From Candidatus Omnitrophota bacterium (GTDB lineage Bacteria > Omnitrophota > Gorgyraeia > Zapsychrales > JANLHA01): 64,000 bases of DNA. The DNA lies in the NCBI GenBank assembly GCA_023247795.1, contig JAHFFT010000003.1, forward strand, positions 12,769 to 76,768, in the 5' to 3' direction. The notes beneath the pieces were generated by a model. The model saw nothing but the letters and a program-made list of their open reading frames with translations. It was not told the origin of the DNA and did no database searches. The position numbers and the translations under genes were made by a program. Positions 1 through 10,302 of this stretch are shown in pieces (position 1 is the stretch's first letter; each line of letters begins with the position of its first letter).

Positions 1-318
1 AGCAAGCCAGTGGTCTTGGTGGGCAAGACCAATGTCATGGAGCTGGCGGTCCTGATTAAAAAGTGCCGGGTTTTCATTACCCCGGATTCCGCGCCGATGC
101 ACATTGCCGCGGCGATGAAAACCCCTTTCATTGCCTTTTTTGGGCCAACCAGTTCGGTCCGACATCTTCCACCGGCGGATTCCTTTGTTGTCTTGGAACA
201 AAAGCCCCTTTGCGCACCGTGTTACAGCGCCCAATGCAAAATTTTAACTCACGCCTGCATGAAAGAGATCAAGCCAGAAGAGGTCGTCAAGCGGGTTTAT
301 CAATTGATGGAGAGGTAG
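1..318 (+). CDS. GT9 heptosyltransferase-family glycosyltransferase, C-terminal part (runs off window start)
   Basis: DSAPMHIAAA and FFGPT GT9 motifs; C-terminal CxPC...C...CM cluster. Confidence 0.9.
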   Translation, partial: SKPVVLVGKTNVMELAVLIKKCRVFITPDSAPMHIAAAMKTPFIAFFGPTSSVRHLPPADSFVVLEQKPLCAPCYSAQCKILTHACMKEIKPEEVVKRVYQLMER

Positions 319-319
319 G

Positions 320-1420
320 ATGCGAATTTTATTTTTAACAACACACTTCAACTCCGGAGGGATTACCCGTTACATCCTGACTTTGGGAAAGGGTTTGGTT
401 GATCATGGCCACCAGGTCAGTGTGGTCTCGTGCGGCGGGGATTGTGTGGATCAATGCCGAGACGCCGGAATTGTTCATCACACTTTCAACATCTGCACAA
501 AATCAGAACTGAACCCAAAAATTTATTTGGCCTTAATAAGGTTAGGGCAGTTGATCAAAAAAGAAAAGATCGATGTTATCCATGCCAACACGCGCGTGAC
601 TCAGGTGATGGCCGCTTGTGTCAGTCGGTTGACGCGGGTTCCTTATGTTTCAACCGGACATGGCTATTTTCGGCCGCATTTTTTCCGTCGATCCATTCCT
701 TGCTGGGGCAAACGGGTGATCGCGATCAGCTCGGCGGTCGTTGAGCATTTAGAAAATGATTTTGGTGTTCCCGCCCATCGGATCACGTTGGTCCCGACGG
801 GTGTAGAGTTTGATCGATTCGCGTTGGTGACACAGCAGATGAGAGAGCAGACGCGCCAATTGCTTGGGATCAATAAACGGCAGGTGATCGGAATCATTGC
901 ACGATTATCCGAAGAAAAAGGACATGACACTTTGATCAAAGCCCATCAGAAAATTTTAAAACGGTTTCCCGATGCGTTGCTGATTATCGTTGGTGAAGGG
1001 CGGTGCGAACGACGGTTGAAGCAGCTCGTGCAGGATTTGAATCTGGATGGGGCTGTTCAATTTTACCCGCAGGTTAATCAAACAGCAAAATTTTTGCCCA
1101 TCTTTGACGTTTTTGTTTTGCCATCGATCAAAGAGGGCCTTGGGCTCTCGGCCCTAGAGGCCCAGGCCGCCGGTCTTCCTGTGATTGCCTCGAGAGTGGG
1201 GGGGCTCGTGAATTTGATAGAAGACGGTAAAACCGGTTTGCTGGTCGAGCCGGGCGACGACGCGCTTTTGGCGCAATCTATTTCTTTTTGTTTAGGCAAT
1301 CCGTTAGAGGCAAACGCGATGGGGTTACGGGCCAGAGAATTTGTGCAGAAAAACTTTTCCGTTCAGCAGATGGTGGAGAAGGTCGTGAAGGTTTATGAGG
1401 AAGTGAATGGCAAATTATGA
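320..1420 (+). CDS. GT4 glycosyltransferase (LPS/surface glycan)
   Basis: N-terminal GG motif, ARLSEEKG, EGLGLSALEA (E-x7-E) GT4 signature. Confidence 0.92.
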   Translation: MRILFLTTHFNSGGITRYILTLGKGLVDHGHQVSVVSCGGDCVDQCRDAGIVHHTFNICTKSELNPKIYLALIRLGQLIKKEKIDVIHANTRVTQVMAACVSRLTRVPYVSTGHGYFRPHFFRRSIPCWGKRVIAISSAVVEHLENDFGVPAHRITLVPTGVEFDRFALVTQQMREQTRQLLGINKRQVIGIIARLSEEKGHDTLIKAHQKILKRFPDALLIIVGEGRCERRLKQLVQDLNLDGAVQFYPQVNQTAKFLPIFDVFVLPSIKEGLGLSALEAQAAGLPVIASRVGGLVNLIEDGKTGLLVEPGDDALLAQSISFCLGNPLEANAMGLRAREFVQKNFSVQQMVEKVVKVYEEVNGKL

Positions 1421-2451
1421 AAAAACGATTCCTCGTCGTCAATGTTAATTGGTTGGGAGATGTGGTTTTTTCAACACCGATCTTCCGGGCCATCAAGGAA
1501 CATGATCCGGATTGTCACTTAGCGTGTCTGGCGGTGCCGCGGGTGAAAGAGGTTTTGGAGTGTTGTCCATTTCTTGACGAAGTGATTTTGTATGACGAGC
1601 GGGGAAAAGACCGTGGGTTGTTTCCAAAGCTGCGTTTGATTTGGCAGTTGCGTACGGGAAAGTTTGATGCCGTATTCCTGTTGCATCGTTCTTGGACCAG
1701 GTCGCTGTTGGTTTTTTTGGCCGGAATTCCGCGACGGGTCGGGTACCCAGATAAAGGACGAGGGTGGTTATTAACCGATCGTATCAGCCGCTCTTTGCGG
1801 CCTATGCACCGCAGTGACCAATATCTGAAAATCATTGAGGATTTTGGGATAGCGGTGAGAGATCGTCACTATCAGTTGAATGTGGATGAGACGGCTAAAA
1901 TGGCTGTTCAATCGATCCTGCGTCAGCAGCAGATCACTGATCGGGAGCGTCTCATCGTGATCCATCCCGGTGGCAACTGGGATTTGAAGCGATGGCCGGT
2001 TGCTCATTACCGCGATTTGATCAGTCAGCTGACAGCAGAATCTTACTTTGTGATTTTGACGGGAGCGAAAAAGGAGCAAACTCTGGTAGAGCAAATCGTT
2101 AAAGATTTGCCTCAGTCACCGCTTGTTTTGACCGGAAAGATTTCTTTGAAAGAGACAATTGCGTTAATGCAGCAGGCGAAGCTTGTCATCAGCGGTGACT
2201 CCGGACCTTTGCATTTAGCGTCGGCGGTGGGAACCCGAACGATCGGGATTTTCGGCCCCACTCGTCCGGAACTGACCGGCGCCCGGGGCATGGGGGAGGC
2301 GACCGTTTTACAAAGGGATGTCGGTTGCAACCGCGCTTCCTGTTATTACCTCGACTGCCCGGACAACGTTTGCATGCAGGCCATCAAGCCAGCCGACGTC
2401 TTGATGCAGGTAAGAAAATTTGTGGGCCAGCAAGCACGCAGTAATGTTTGA
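1417..2451 (+). CDS. waaF: Lipopolysaccharide heptosyltransferase II-like (GT9)
   Basis: NWLGDVV, HPG...KRWP, DSGPLHLA, FGPT motifs. Confidence 0.8.
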   Translation: MKKRFLVVNVNWLGDVVFSTPIFRAIKEHDPDCHLACLAVPRVKEVLECCPFLDEVILYDERGKDRGLFPKLRLIWQLRTGKFDAVFLLHRSWTRSLLVFLAGIPRRVGYPDKGRGWLLTDRISRSLRPMHRSDQYLKIIEDFGIAVRDRHYQLNVDETAKMAVQSILRQQQITDRERLIVIHPGGNWDLKRWPVAHYRDLISQLTAESYFVILTGAKKEQTLVEQIVKDLPQSPLVLTGKISLKETIALMQQAKLVISGDSGPLHLASAVGTRTIGIFGPTRPELTGARGMGEATVLQRDVGCNRASCYYLDCPDNVCMQAIKPADVLMQVRKFVGQQARSNV

Positions 2452-2531
2452 ATTTTGATGCTAATGATTTCCGGCGAGAATGAGGTCGTAGAGTTCAATT
2501 CGTCGGAGATGATTTTCAACCCGTGGACGTT

Positions 2532-3533
2532 ATGATCAAAGACTCCGCAAAAATTAAAAATATTTTAGTCGTATCGCTCACCAACATCGGCGATGTGGTC
2601 TTGACTTTTCCAGTCATCGATGTTTTAAAGCAGGATTTTCCGCAAGCGAAGTTGTCGGTCATCATCGGGCCGAAGGGGGCGCCGTTGTTGGCTCATAATT
2701 CCATGATTCATAAAATTTATATTTACGATAAAAAAGTTTCGTTCTATAAGACCGTGGCCTGGTTCTTAAATTTGCGCAAAGAAAAATTTGACCTCATCAT
2801 CGATCTGCGCAATACCGCGCTGCCGTTTTTTCTTTTTGCCCATCAACGCACCTCACCATTCCTCAAACGGAATTTTCAGGAACATATGCGTCTGCAGCAC
2901 CTGAAACGGTTAGCATCGATCTATCCATATCAACGAGAAGCGGCTCATCGTTTCGCGCTCAATTTGGATCAGCGGGATAAAAAATACATCCATGATTTGT
3001 TAACCCCGCATTTGGGCCCTGATCCTTTGTATGTTGTTGTCAGCCCGGGCGCGGCCGATGACGCTAAGCGATGGAGTGAAGAAGGTTTTGCCAAGGTTTG
3101 CGAGCAGATCAGCGAACGGTATTTCTTAAAGATTGTTTTGGCGGGAGATGAAAAGGATAGAATTGTTGGTGAAAAAATCGCGGCAAAGATGAAAATTCAG
3201 CCGCTCAATCTCTGCGGCAAAACCAGTTTAGCGCAGCTGGCTTGTTTGTTGCAACGTTCGCAGTGGGCGCTGGTGAATGACAGCGGAATTATGCATCTGG
3301 CCAGTTATTTGGATGTTCCGGTCATCGCTCTTTTTGGCCCGACCGACCCTCATCGCTACGGCCCCTGGAGTTCGCAAAGTCAGGTGATTGAAAAGCGTTC
3401 GAGTTGTGAAGAAAAAAATGTTCCCATCCGCGAATGGATCCACGCCATTGAGCCAAAGGATGTTTTAACGGCTGTTGAGGATCTCATGCGGCAAAAAAAT
3501 TTTGTTAGCAATCATGAAAAAAAACTATTCTAA
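2532..3533 (+). CDS. GT9 heptosyltransferase-family protein
   Basis: IGDVV, SPGA...KRW, NDSGIMHLA, FGPT; ATG at 2532 preferred over GTG 2523. Confidence 0.88.
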   Translation: MIKDSAKIKNILVVSLTNIGDVVLTFPVIDVLKQDFPQAKLSVIIGPKGAPLLAHNSMIHKIYIYDKKVSFYKTVAWFLNLRKEKFDLIIDLRNTALPFFLFAHQRTSPFLKRNFQEHMRLQHLKRLASIYPYQREAAHRFALNLDQRDKKYIHDLLTPHLGPDPLYVVVSPGAADDAKRWSEEGFAKVCEQISERYFLKIVLAGDEKDRIVGEKIAAKMKIQPLNLCGKTSLAQLACLLQRSQWALVNDSGIMHLASYLDVPVIALFGPTDPHRYGPWSSQSQVIEKRSSCEEKNVPIREWIHAIEPKDVLTAVEDLMRQKNFVSNHEKKLF

Positions 3534-4557
3534 CATTTTGGTCGTTCGCACCGACCGCATCGGTGATCTGGTCTTGACCACTCCCGCGATTCAGGCCATT
3601 GCTGAGGCCTTCCCACAAAGCAAACTGACGGTCTTGGTTGCCAAAGACAATCTGGCGCTCGTCCAAGGCAATCCATTTATCGACGAGATTATGCTTGAGG
3701 ATCGCAAAAATGAACATCGGGGCGTTTTTGGGTTTTGGCGGCTGGTTGGTGAAGTCAAAAAAAGAATATTTGACTGCGCCGTGATTTTTCATACCAAGCG
3801 TCGTACGAATTTGTTGTGCTTTTTGGCCGGCATTCCTGAGCGAGTCGGGTATCATTTTTATAAATTGGGATTTTTGCTCACGAAGAAAATTCCGGATACC
3901 AGGCACCAAGGCTTGAAGCACGAAGCGCAATATTGCTTGGATGTCCTTAAAATTTTAGGGGTCGATGCTGATTTGAAAAGGCCGTTTTTGCCTCTTCAAC
4001 CTAAGGCCGAAGAATGGGCTTGCCAGTTTCTCGCCAAAGCAAAAGTTGATCCCGGTAAAAAGATTTTTGCGATTCATCCAGGTGCCAGCTGCCAGACGAG
4101 ACGTTGGCCGCCTCAGCGCTTCCGGGAATTGATTCAGTTGTTGATACCCCGATTTGACTGTCAGTTCTTTTTGATTGGTTCTTCGGAATTCGGGCCGATT
4201 GCGAAGGCGATTCAGTCCCAACTCGATCATCCGATGATTGATCTAATCGGTCAGACCAGTGTCGCTCAATTAGTGAGTCTGCTTAAGCGCTGTGCTCTGT
4301 TAGTTTCGGTCGATTCCGGGCCAGTCCATGTTGCTGACGCGTTGGGAATACCGGTGGTATGCCTTTTTACCCGTAATCAGCCCGGTATCAATCCCGAACG
4401 TTGGCGGCCTTTGGGAGAGAAATCGCGGATCGTTGTCACCCCTTTTACGGGTAAGATGTCCTTTGCCAAGAGTCAGCCAGTGGATTCTCAATACTTAGAG
4501 CTTATTAAGGCCGAACAAGTCTTGCAAGCTGTTGACGCCTTATTTAAACTGTGTTAG
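3514..4557 (+). CDS. GT9 heptosyltransferase-family protein
   Basis: RTDRIGDLV, HPGAS..RRWP, DSGPVHVA; ATG at 3514 overlaps the upstream gene end. Confidence 0.88.
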   Translation: MKKNYSNILVVRTDRIGDLVLTTPAIQAIAEAFPQSKLTVLVAKDNLALVQGNPFIDEIMLEDRKNEHRGVFGFWRLVGEVKKRIFDCAVIFHTKRRTNLLCFLAGIPERVGYHFYKLGFLLTKKIPDTRHQGLKHEAQYCLDVLKILGVDADLKRPFLPLQPKAEEWACQFLAKAKVDPGKKIFAIHPGASCQTRRWPPQRFRELIQLLIPRFDCQFFLIGSSEFGPIAKAIQSQLDHPMIDLIGQTSVAQLVSLLKRCALLVSVDSGPVHVADALGIPVVCLFTRNQPGINPERWRPLGEKSRIVVTPFTGKMSFAKSQPVDSQYLELIKAEQVLQAVDALFKLC

Positions 4558-4560
4558 AAT
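4532..4560 (+). promoter_or_regulatory. sigma70-type promoter for the hldE-kds operon
   Basis: TTGACG (4532-4537), 17-bp spacer, TGn-TAGAAT (4555-4560). Confidence 0.7.
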
Positions 4561-4608
4561 TATCAACTTGTGTGCTTTAATTCATAAAATTCATCATTAT
4601 TCCCTAAC

Positions 4609-5634
4609 ATGAATGCTCTCAAGAAGATAGTCTCCAAGTTCAAAGGCAGAAATATTCTGGTTATTGGCGATCTGATTTTAGATCAGTATATCCGCGGCAG
4701 TGTTTCGCGGATCTCTCCTGAGGCGCCGGTTCCGATTGTCCTTCAGGAAGAGGAACCGATTTTTACCCCCGGAGGCGCTTCAAACGTAGCCAAAAATTTG
4801 CAAAGTTTGGGTGCTAAAGTAACGATCATTGGAAAAGTTGGGAAGGATGCCGAGGGGAAAGTCCTCTTGGGCGGATTAAAAAAGCAGGGAATTTCTACCA
4901 GTGAAATTTTCGTCGATCCCCTTTCGCCAACCATTTTAAAGACCCGGATCATTGCCCGCCATCAGCAAGTTTTGCGGATTGACCGCGAAAAAATCCAAGA
5001 AAGCCTGAGCGAGAGTTTGTTAAAAAAAGTTTTGCGGTTTGCAGAAGTCCATATGCGGTCTTTTGACGCTGTGATCCTTTCTGATTATGGAAAAGGAATG
5101 GTGACGCCGCAGATCATTGAAGGGGTTTGTGGCCTGGCAAAAGCTTTGGGCAAGATTGTCACCGTTGATCCTAAAGTAGGGCATTTCGCTTATTATCGTT
5201 CGGTGACCGCCATTACCCCCAATAAGAGCGAAGCGGAAAACGCTATTCGCAATATCAAGGTCACTCAATCGGATGGTGGGAAATTGTTAGTTGATACCGA
5301 CCGGCTGCGCGATATGCACGACGTCAAACAGGCTGGCGAGCAACTATTGAAATTTTTAGATTTGGAATCGGTCTTGATCACCCTCGGAGAAGAGGGGATG
5401 TGTTTGTTCGTCAAAGATCAAAAGCCGGTTCATATTCCGACGAAGGCGCAGGATGTTTTTGATGTGACTGGTGCTGGGGATACGGTCATCGCGGTTTATA
5501 CGATAGGGTTGAGTGCTGGAGCGACCAAACTGCAAGCTGCTGAGTTGGCCAATTACGCCGCCGGGATTGTGGTCGGTAAGATGGGCGCGGTCGCGGTATC
5601 AGCTCAGGAACTGATCGCGAGCCTCAAGGGATGA
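4609..5634 (+). CDS. rfaE1: D-glycero-beta-D-manno-heptose-7-phosphate kinase (HldE domain I)
   Basis: RISPEAPVP, SDYGKG, DVTGAGD ribokinase-family motifs. Confidence 0.93.
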   Translation: MNALKKIVSKFKGRNILVIGDLILDQYIRGSVSRISPEAPVPIVLQEEEPIFTPGGASNVAKNLQSLGAKVTIIGKVGKDAEGKVLLGGLKKQGISTSEIFVDPLSPTILKTRIIARHQQVLRIDREKIQESLSESLLKKVLRFAEVHMRSFDAVILSDYGKGMVTPQIIEGVCGLAKALGKIVTVDPKVGHFAYYRSVTAITPNKSEAENAIRNIKVTQSDGGKLLVDTDRLRDMHDVKQAGEQLLKFLDLESVLITLGEEGMCLFVKDQKPVHIPTKAQDVFDVTGAGDTVIAVYTIGLSAGATKLQAAELANYAAGIVVGKMGAVAVSAQELIASLKG

Positions 5635-6356
5635 AAACCATTGGTGTCATACCGGCCCGTTGGGGCTCAAAGCGGTTTGAAGGTAAAGTTTTAGCCAAGA
5701 TTCTTGGCAAGCCCATGATCCAGCACGTTTGGGAACGGGCCCGGCAGAGTTCTTTGTTAGAAGAAGTGATCATTGCCTGCGACGATCAGCGCATCCAGGC
5801 GCAGGCCGAGCGATTTTCGGCCCAAGTGGTGATGACCTCGAAAGACCATCCATCGGGGACCGAGCGGATCATTGAGGCGGTTAAGGATATTGAATGTGAG
5901 ATCGTGGTCAACATTCAAGGCGATGAACCGCTGATCCATCCAAAGACCATTGATGCCTTGGTACGGGCTTTGCTCGTCGATAAATCCTGTCTGATGGCAA
6001 CCGCGATTTTTCCACTTAAGGACAAAAAATTGGTTCAAGACCCAAATGTGGTGAAAGTGGTCATTGACCGTTTGGGTTATGCCCTCTATTTTTCTCGGGC
6101 CGTTGTTCCTTTTCCCCGTGATTCTGACCTCGCGGGTCAGAAATATTATAAACATATCGGTCTTTACGCTTATCGCAAATCATTTTTAATGACCTATCAA
6201 AATTTGCCGGCTTCTTCATTAGAATCGACGGAAAAATTAGAACAGCTGCGGGTGCTGGAGGCTGGGTTTCGCATCAAGACCATTGAAACAGCCCACGATT
6301 CTTGTGGCGTTGATACGCCGGAAGATTTAAAATCCATCGAGAAACAGCTGTCGTAA
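5631..6356 (+). CDS. kdsB: CMP-Kdo synthetase
   Basis: [27 protein letters not shown]. Confidence 0.96.
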   Translation: MKTIGVIPARWGSKRFEGKVLAKILGKPMIQHVWERARQSSLLEEVIIACDDQRIQAQAERFSAQVVMTSKDHPSGTERIIEAVKDIECEIVVNIQGDEPLIHPKTIDALVRALLVDKSCLMATAIFPLKDKKLVQDPNVVKVVIDRLGYALYFSRAVVPFPRDSDLAGQKYYKHIGLYAYRKSFLMTYQNLPASSLESTEKLEQLRVLEAGFRIKTIETAHDSCGVDTPEDLKSIEKQLS

Positions 6357-6387
6357 GGATCGGGGAGAAGTCCTCACAGAAAATGTC

Positions 6388-7212
6388 ATGATGAAAATTG
6401 TCCGTATCGGAAAAGTTAGCATTGGCCATCAGCAGCCACTGGCGTTGATCGCCGGGCCCTGTGTGATTGAGTCGAGGGCGACAACGTTAAAAATCGCCCA
6501 GGAGCTTAAAAAAATCGCTCAGCGTTTGAAAGTCCCTTTGATTTTTAAGGCCAGTTATGATAAAGCCAATCGCACGTCGATCAAATCGTTTCGCGGGCTG
6601 GGTCGCGCTGAAGGGTTGGCGATTTTAGCTGAGGTCAAAAAACTGACTGGATTACCGGTTTTAAGCGACGTGCACACAGTTGAAGAAATTTCAGAGGCAG
6701 CGTCGGTGCTTGATGTCTTGCAGATACCGGCCTTTTTGTGCCGTCAGACTGATTTGATTGTGGCGGCAGCCAAGACGGGTAAGCCAGTCAATATCAAAAA
6801 GGGGCAATTTTTAGCGCCATGGGATATGAAGGCGGTGTTGGATAAAGCAGTGGCTGCAGGCAATCATAATTGTTTGCTTACGGAACGCGGCGTCAGTTTT
6901 GGTTATAACACCTTAGTCAGTGATTTTCGATCTTTGGCAATCATGCGGAATTGGGGTTATCCGGTCGTGTTTGACGCGACCCACAGTGTGCAGCAGCCCG
7001 GTGGGTTAGGGAATGCTTCCGGGGGAGAACGCGAGTTCATTCCCTTATTGAGCCGTTGCGCCGTTGCCGCAGGCTGCGATGCGGTTTTTATGGAAGTCCA
7101 TACCAATCCCGACAAGGCGTTTTCCGACGGGCCGAACATGCTAGCGATCAAACAGGTGGAACCTTTGCTCAAACAATTGATCGCGATCCATCAAACAGTA
7201 AGCGACCATTGA
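6388..7212 (+). CDS. kdsA: Kdo-8-phosphate synthase
   Basis: [26 protein letters not shown]. Confidence 0.97.
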   Translation: MMKIVRIGKVSIGHQQPLALIAGPCVIESRATTLKIAQELKKIAQRLKVPLIFKASYDKANRTSIKSFRGLGRAEGLAILAEVKKLTGLPVLSDVHTVEEISEAASVLDVLQIPAFLCRQTDLIVAAAKTGKPVNIKKGQFLAPWDMKAVLDKAVAAGNHNCLLTERGVSFGYNTLVSDFRSLAIMRNWGYPVVFDATHSVQQPGGLGNASGGEREFIPLLSRCAVAAGCDAVFMEVHTNPDKAFSDGPNMLAIKQVEPLLKQLIAIHQTVSDH

Positions 7213-7213
7213 C

Positions 7214-8173
7214 ATGACGATTCAGAAAGCCAAAGAAGTCATTGCCATTGAGGCGCAGGCGATCAAAGATTTGGCCTTGCGGCTTGATAAAAATTTTTTA
7301 AAGGCCATTGACCTGATGGCCCGCTGCCCATCGCGTGTGATCGTGACCGGCATGGGCAAGACCGGAATCATCGGCCGTAAAATTGCCGCAACCTTATCAT
7401 CAACGGGGACCCCGAGCATTTATATGCACAGTGCCGAGGCGGTCCACGGCGATTTGGGACAAGTGACCAAACAGGATGTGCTGATGATCATCTCTTACAG
7501 CGGTGAGACTGAGGAGACGACCCGTCTACTTCCGCTCATTAAAAAAATTGGGGTCAAAACCATTGCCTTGACTGGCAATCCAAAGTCCAGTCTGGCGAAG
7601 TACAGCGACGTGATCATCAATGTGCAAGTCAAGAAAGAAGGATGTCCGTTGGGGTTGGCGCCGATGGCGTCGACGACCGCAACCTTGGTGATGGGTGATG
7701 CCATGGCCGCTTGTTTGATTGAGCGCAAGGGATTTCAAAAAGAAGATTTCGCCTTTTTTCATCCCGGGGGAGCGATCGGCCTGCGATTGTTGTTAAAGGT
7801 TGAAGATATCATGCGCAAGGGCTATCATTACCCGCGTGTTCAATTGAGCGATAAGGTCAAGAAGGTGCTTTTGGCCATCACCAAAACACGTTGTGGTTCG
7901 GCCTGTGTTGTTGACGGTAAGGGTCGATTGGTTGGGATTTTTACCGACGGTGATTTGCGTCGGCATGTCGAGAGTGATCAAGGACTGTTGAATAAAAAGG
8001 TCCAAGAGGTCATGACCAAGACGCCAACGTCGATCTTACAAAGCAAATTGGCGGTCGAGGCTTTTGCTCTTTTAAAAGAAAAAAAGATCGATGAACTTCC
8101 GGTGGTCGACCAAAAGGGGAAGTCGGTGGGGTTGCTTGATATTCAGGATTTGCTGAAAGCGGGATTATTCTAG
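7214..8173 (+). CDS. kdsD: Arabinose-5-phosphate isomerase (SIS + 2 CBS)
   Basis: GMGKTG, HGDLG, HPGG, CBS pair. Confidence 0.95.
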   Translation: MTIQKAKEVIAIEAQAIKDLALRLDKNFLKAIDLMARCPSRVIVTGMGKTGIIGRKIAATLSSTGTPSIYMHSAEAVHGDLGQVTKQDVLMIISYSGETEETTRLLPLIKKIGVKTIALTGNPKSSLAKYSDVIINVQVKKEGCPLGLAPMASTTATLVMGDAMAACLIERKGFQKEDFAFFHPGGAIGLRLLLKVEDIMRKGYHYPRVQLSDKVKKVLLAITKTRCGSACVVDGKGRLVGIFTDGDLRRHVESDQGLLNKKVQEVMTKTPTSILQSKLAVEAFALLKEKKIDELPVVDQKGKSVGLLDIQDLLKAGLF

Positions 8174-8692
8174 ATGACGGACATTGAACGGAAATTGAAA
8201 AAGATAAAAGTTTTAGCGCTGGATGTTGACGGGGTGTTGACCGACGGGAAAATCATTGTTGACAGTGCGGGCAAAGAGATCAAGAATTTTGATGTCAAAG
8301 ATGGGTACGCGATTGTGTTGTTCCGTAAGGCCGGGTATCAAACCGCGATCATTTCGGCCCGTAAGGCAATCCCGGTGACGGCCCGAGCCAAAGATTTGCT
8401 GATTGATAGGGTTTATCAGAATGCTTATCCGAAGATCGATTTTTATCAGAAGCTGTTGAAGGATTTGCGCGTGAAAGATGACGAAGTTTGTTTTGTCGGC
8501 GACGATCTGCCGGATTTGCAAGTGATCAAGCAGGCGGGTTTGGGGGTTGCGGTGAATGACGCGGTATTGGAAGTCAAACGCGCGGCTGATTATGTGACGA
8601 GGAAAAAGGGTGGGCGAGGCGCGGTGAGGGAAGTGATTGAACTGATCTTAAAAGCGCAGGGCAAGTGGGAACACATAGTGAAGAGTGCGTAG
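8174..8692 (+). CDS. kdsC: Kdo-8-phosphate phosphatase (HAD)
   Basis: DVDGVLTDG, GDDLPD, GGRGAVRE. Confidence 0.95.
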   Translation: MTDIERKLKKIKVLALDVDGVLTDGKIIVDSAGKEIKNFDVKDGYAIVLFRKAGYQTAIISARKAIPVTARAKDLLIDRVYQNAYPKIDFYQKLLKDLRVKDDEVCFVGDDLPDLQVIKQAGLGVAVNDAVLEVKRAADYVTRKKGGRGAVREVIELILKAQGKWEHIVKSA

Positions 8693-8797
8693 TGAAGAAG
8701 GAATGGAGATGTTGGTTTTGTCTCCGCAATGTCGTACAGAAGTTATTGATAAGCATTTCCGGCGATGAGAATTTTATGACCTGATTCGCCATCGTTT

Positions 8798-8865
8798 GTC
8801 GAGGCACAACTCATTCGTGTCAAGGAGCCTTCGGCTCCAATTCCACTCATGAGCTGTGCCTCGAC
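8798..8865. repeat. 68-bp palindromic (MITE/REP-like) element
   Basis: 17-bp inverted repeat gtcgaggcacaactcat / atgagctgtgcctcgac (1 mismatch) enclosing the hairpin ggagccttcggctcc. Confidence 0.7.
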
Positions 8866-8890
8866 CGGCACCATTTGGTGAGGCTTTATA

Positions 8891-9407
8891 GTGGAGATTA
8901 AAGCAGTAGTAACAGTTGATGATTATTATAAGTTTCTTGAATTTTGTGGGAAAAGAGTCATGAGCGTTAAGCCGAAATTTTGGAAAAGATTGAAAACCCT
9001 TCTTTTATATCTGTTATCGGGAGGTGTATTAGAAGTGATAATGGCATTTGCCAAAATTCCTATCCATTTACCAAGTGTTTTCTTAGGAGGGTTTATTTTT
9101 ATTTGGACATGGATGTATATGCGAATCAGTAATATAGAGAAAATTTAAGGCCAGTTTATCTGTCGATAGCAGTGGAATCATGCTTGGTGAGAAAGTTGTG
9201 AAAATATCACCAGAATCGATCGAGGTGTCGACTCATGGTCACCAATCGATTACAGAATGGAGAGTTGTTAAATCCATTGAAGAGACCTCAGCATATTTTT
9301 TTGTTTTTATTGATAACCTTTTAGCTTACATTATTCCGAAAAATTCATTTAAGGATAAAGACGGATTGGAACAATTTAAAAATTTGATGTTTGAACTTGA
9401 TTTATAA
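8891..9407 (+). pseudogene. YcxB-like membrane protein split by a frameshift
   Basis: ORF 8891-9148 has 2 TM segments; ORF 9180-9407 has the YcxB-type W..V..IEET..YFFVF......IIPK..F motif, and its frame stays open back to ~9140; AT-rich. Confidence 0.7.
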
Positions 9408-9414
9408 AAAGTGA

Positions 9415-9460
9415 GATTCCTCTCCCTTGATGGGAGAGGTTAGGTGAGGGTGGTGGAATC
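9415..9460. repeat. REP-like palindrome
   Basis: cctctccc-ttgat-gggagagg (9419-9439) followed by ttaggtgagggtg; flanked by gattcc/ggaatc. Confidence 0.6.
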
Positions 9461-10291
9461 ATGAAGAAAATAAATGTATCAATAATGCTCGTGAGTTTGG
9501 TGTTGATTTTTGTCGGTCCAGGGATGGCCGAGGACGTTCCGCAGAAACTCGATAAATTCAATCTCCAAGGATACGCTGACAACGGGGACAAGGCTTGGGA
9601 TGTCAACGGGGATCATGCCAACATCGAAGGGAACAACATCGATATCACCAACGTTGATGCCAACCATTTTGGTAACCAAGACATCAATTTGAAAGCGAAA
9701 AAGGGCACGATCGATAAGGCCTCGGGGAAAATCCATTTGGAGAAAGATGTTGTTATCACCAGCGAAAGCGGCAGTACGATGAAGACCGATTCTCTGGACT
9801 GGGAAAAGGAAAAAGATTTGGTCAGCACCGACGATCTGGTTGTGATCACTGATAAAGGTATGCAGGCGGTTGGCAAGGGGTTGACCGCGCACCCTGGTCA
9901 GCAGACCGCGCAGATGCACAATGATGTGACGGTCAAGGTCAATACCGAACCGGAAAAACTTTTGGATGGACGGATCGTGACCGTTACCTGCGACGGGCCC
10001 ATGGAAGTGGACCAGGCTAAAAATATGGCGGTGTTTAACGACAATGTGGTTGCCGTGCAAAGTGATCGCACGCTGAAAGCGGATATAATGGAACTTTATT
10101 TTGATCCGACGACCAAAAAGATCAAGCAAACGATTTGCATTGGTCACGTGGTCATCGTGCAGGGCGAAAATAAGACTTACGCGGACAAGGCGGTTTATGA
10201 TGGGCCATCGCAGAAACTGACCCTTACGGGCCGGCCGAAATTGATCATGCTCACCGAAGGGGAAGGGTCGATTGGCTCTTTCAAACAATAA
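9461..10291 (+). CDS. lptC: LPS export periplasmic protein, LptC-LptA fusion
   Basis: N-terminal hydrophobic anchor; LptC-like (W.V.G..A, TDSLDW) half then OstA/LptA-like (AVFNDNV.AVQ...LKAD, A.Y....KLTLTG.P) half; between kdsC and lptB. Confidence 0.8.
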   Translation: MKKINVSIMLVSLVLIFVGPGMAEDVPQKLDKFNLQGYADNGDKAWDVNGDHANIEGNNIDITNVDANHFGNQDINLKAKKGTIDKASGKIHLEKDVVITSESGSTMKTDSLDWEKEKDLVSTDDLVVITDKGMQAVGKGLTAHPGQQTAQMHNDVTVKVNTEPEKLLDGRIVTVTCDGPMEVDQAKNMAVFNDNVVAVQSDRTLKADIMELYFDPTTKKIKQTICIGHVVIVQGENKTYADKAVYDGPSQKLTLTGRPKLIMLTEGEGSIGSFKQ

Positions 10292-10302
10292 GGACTGATT
10301 TC

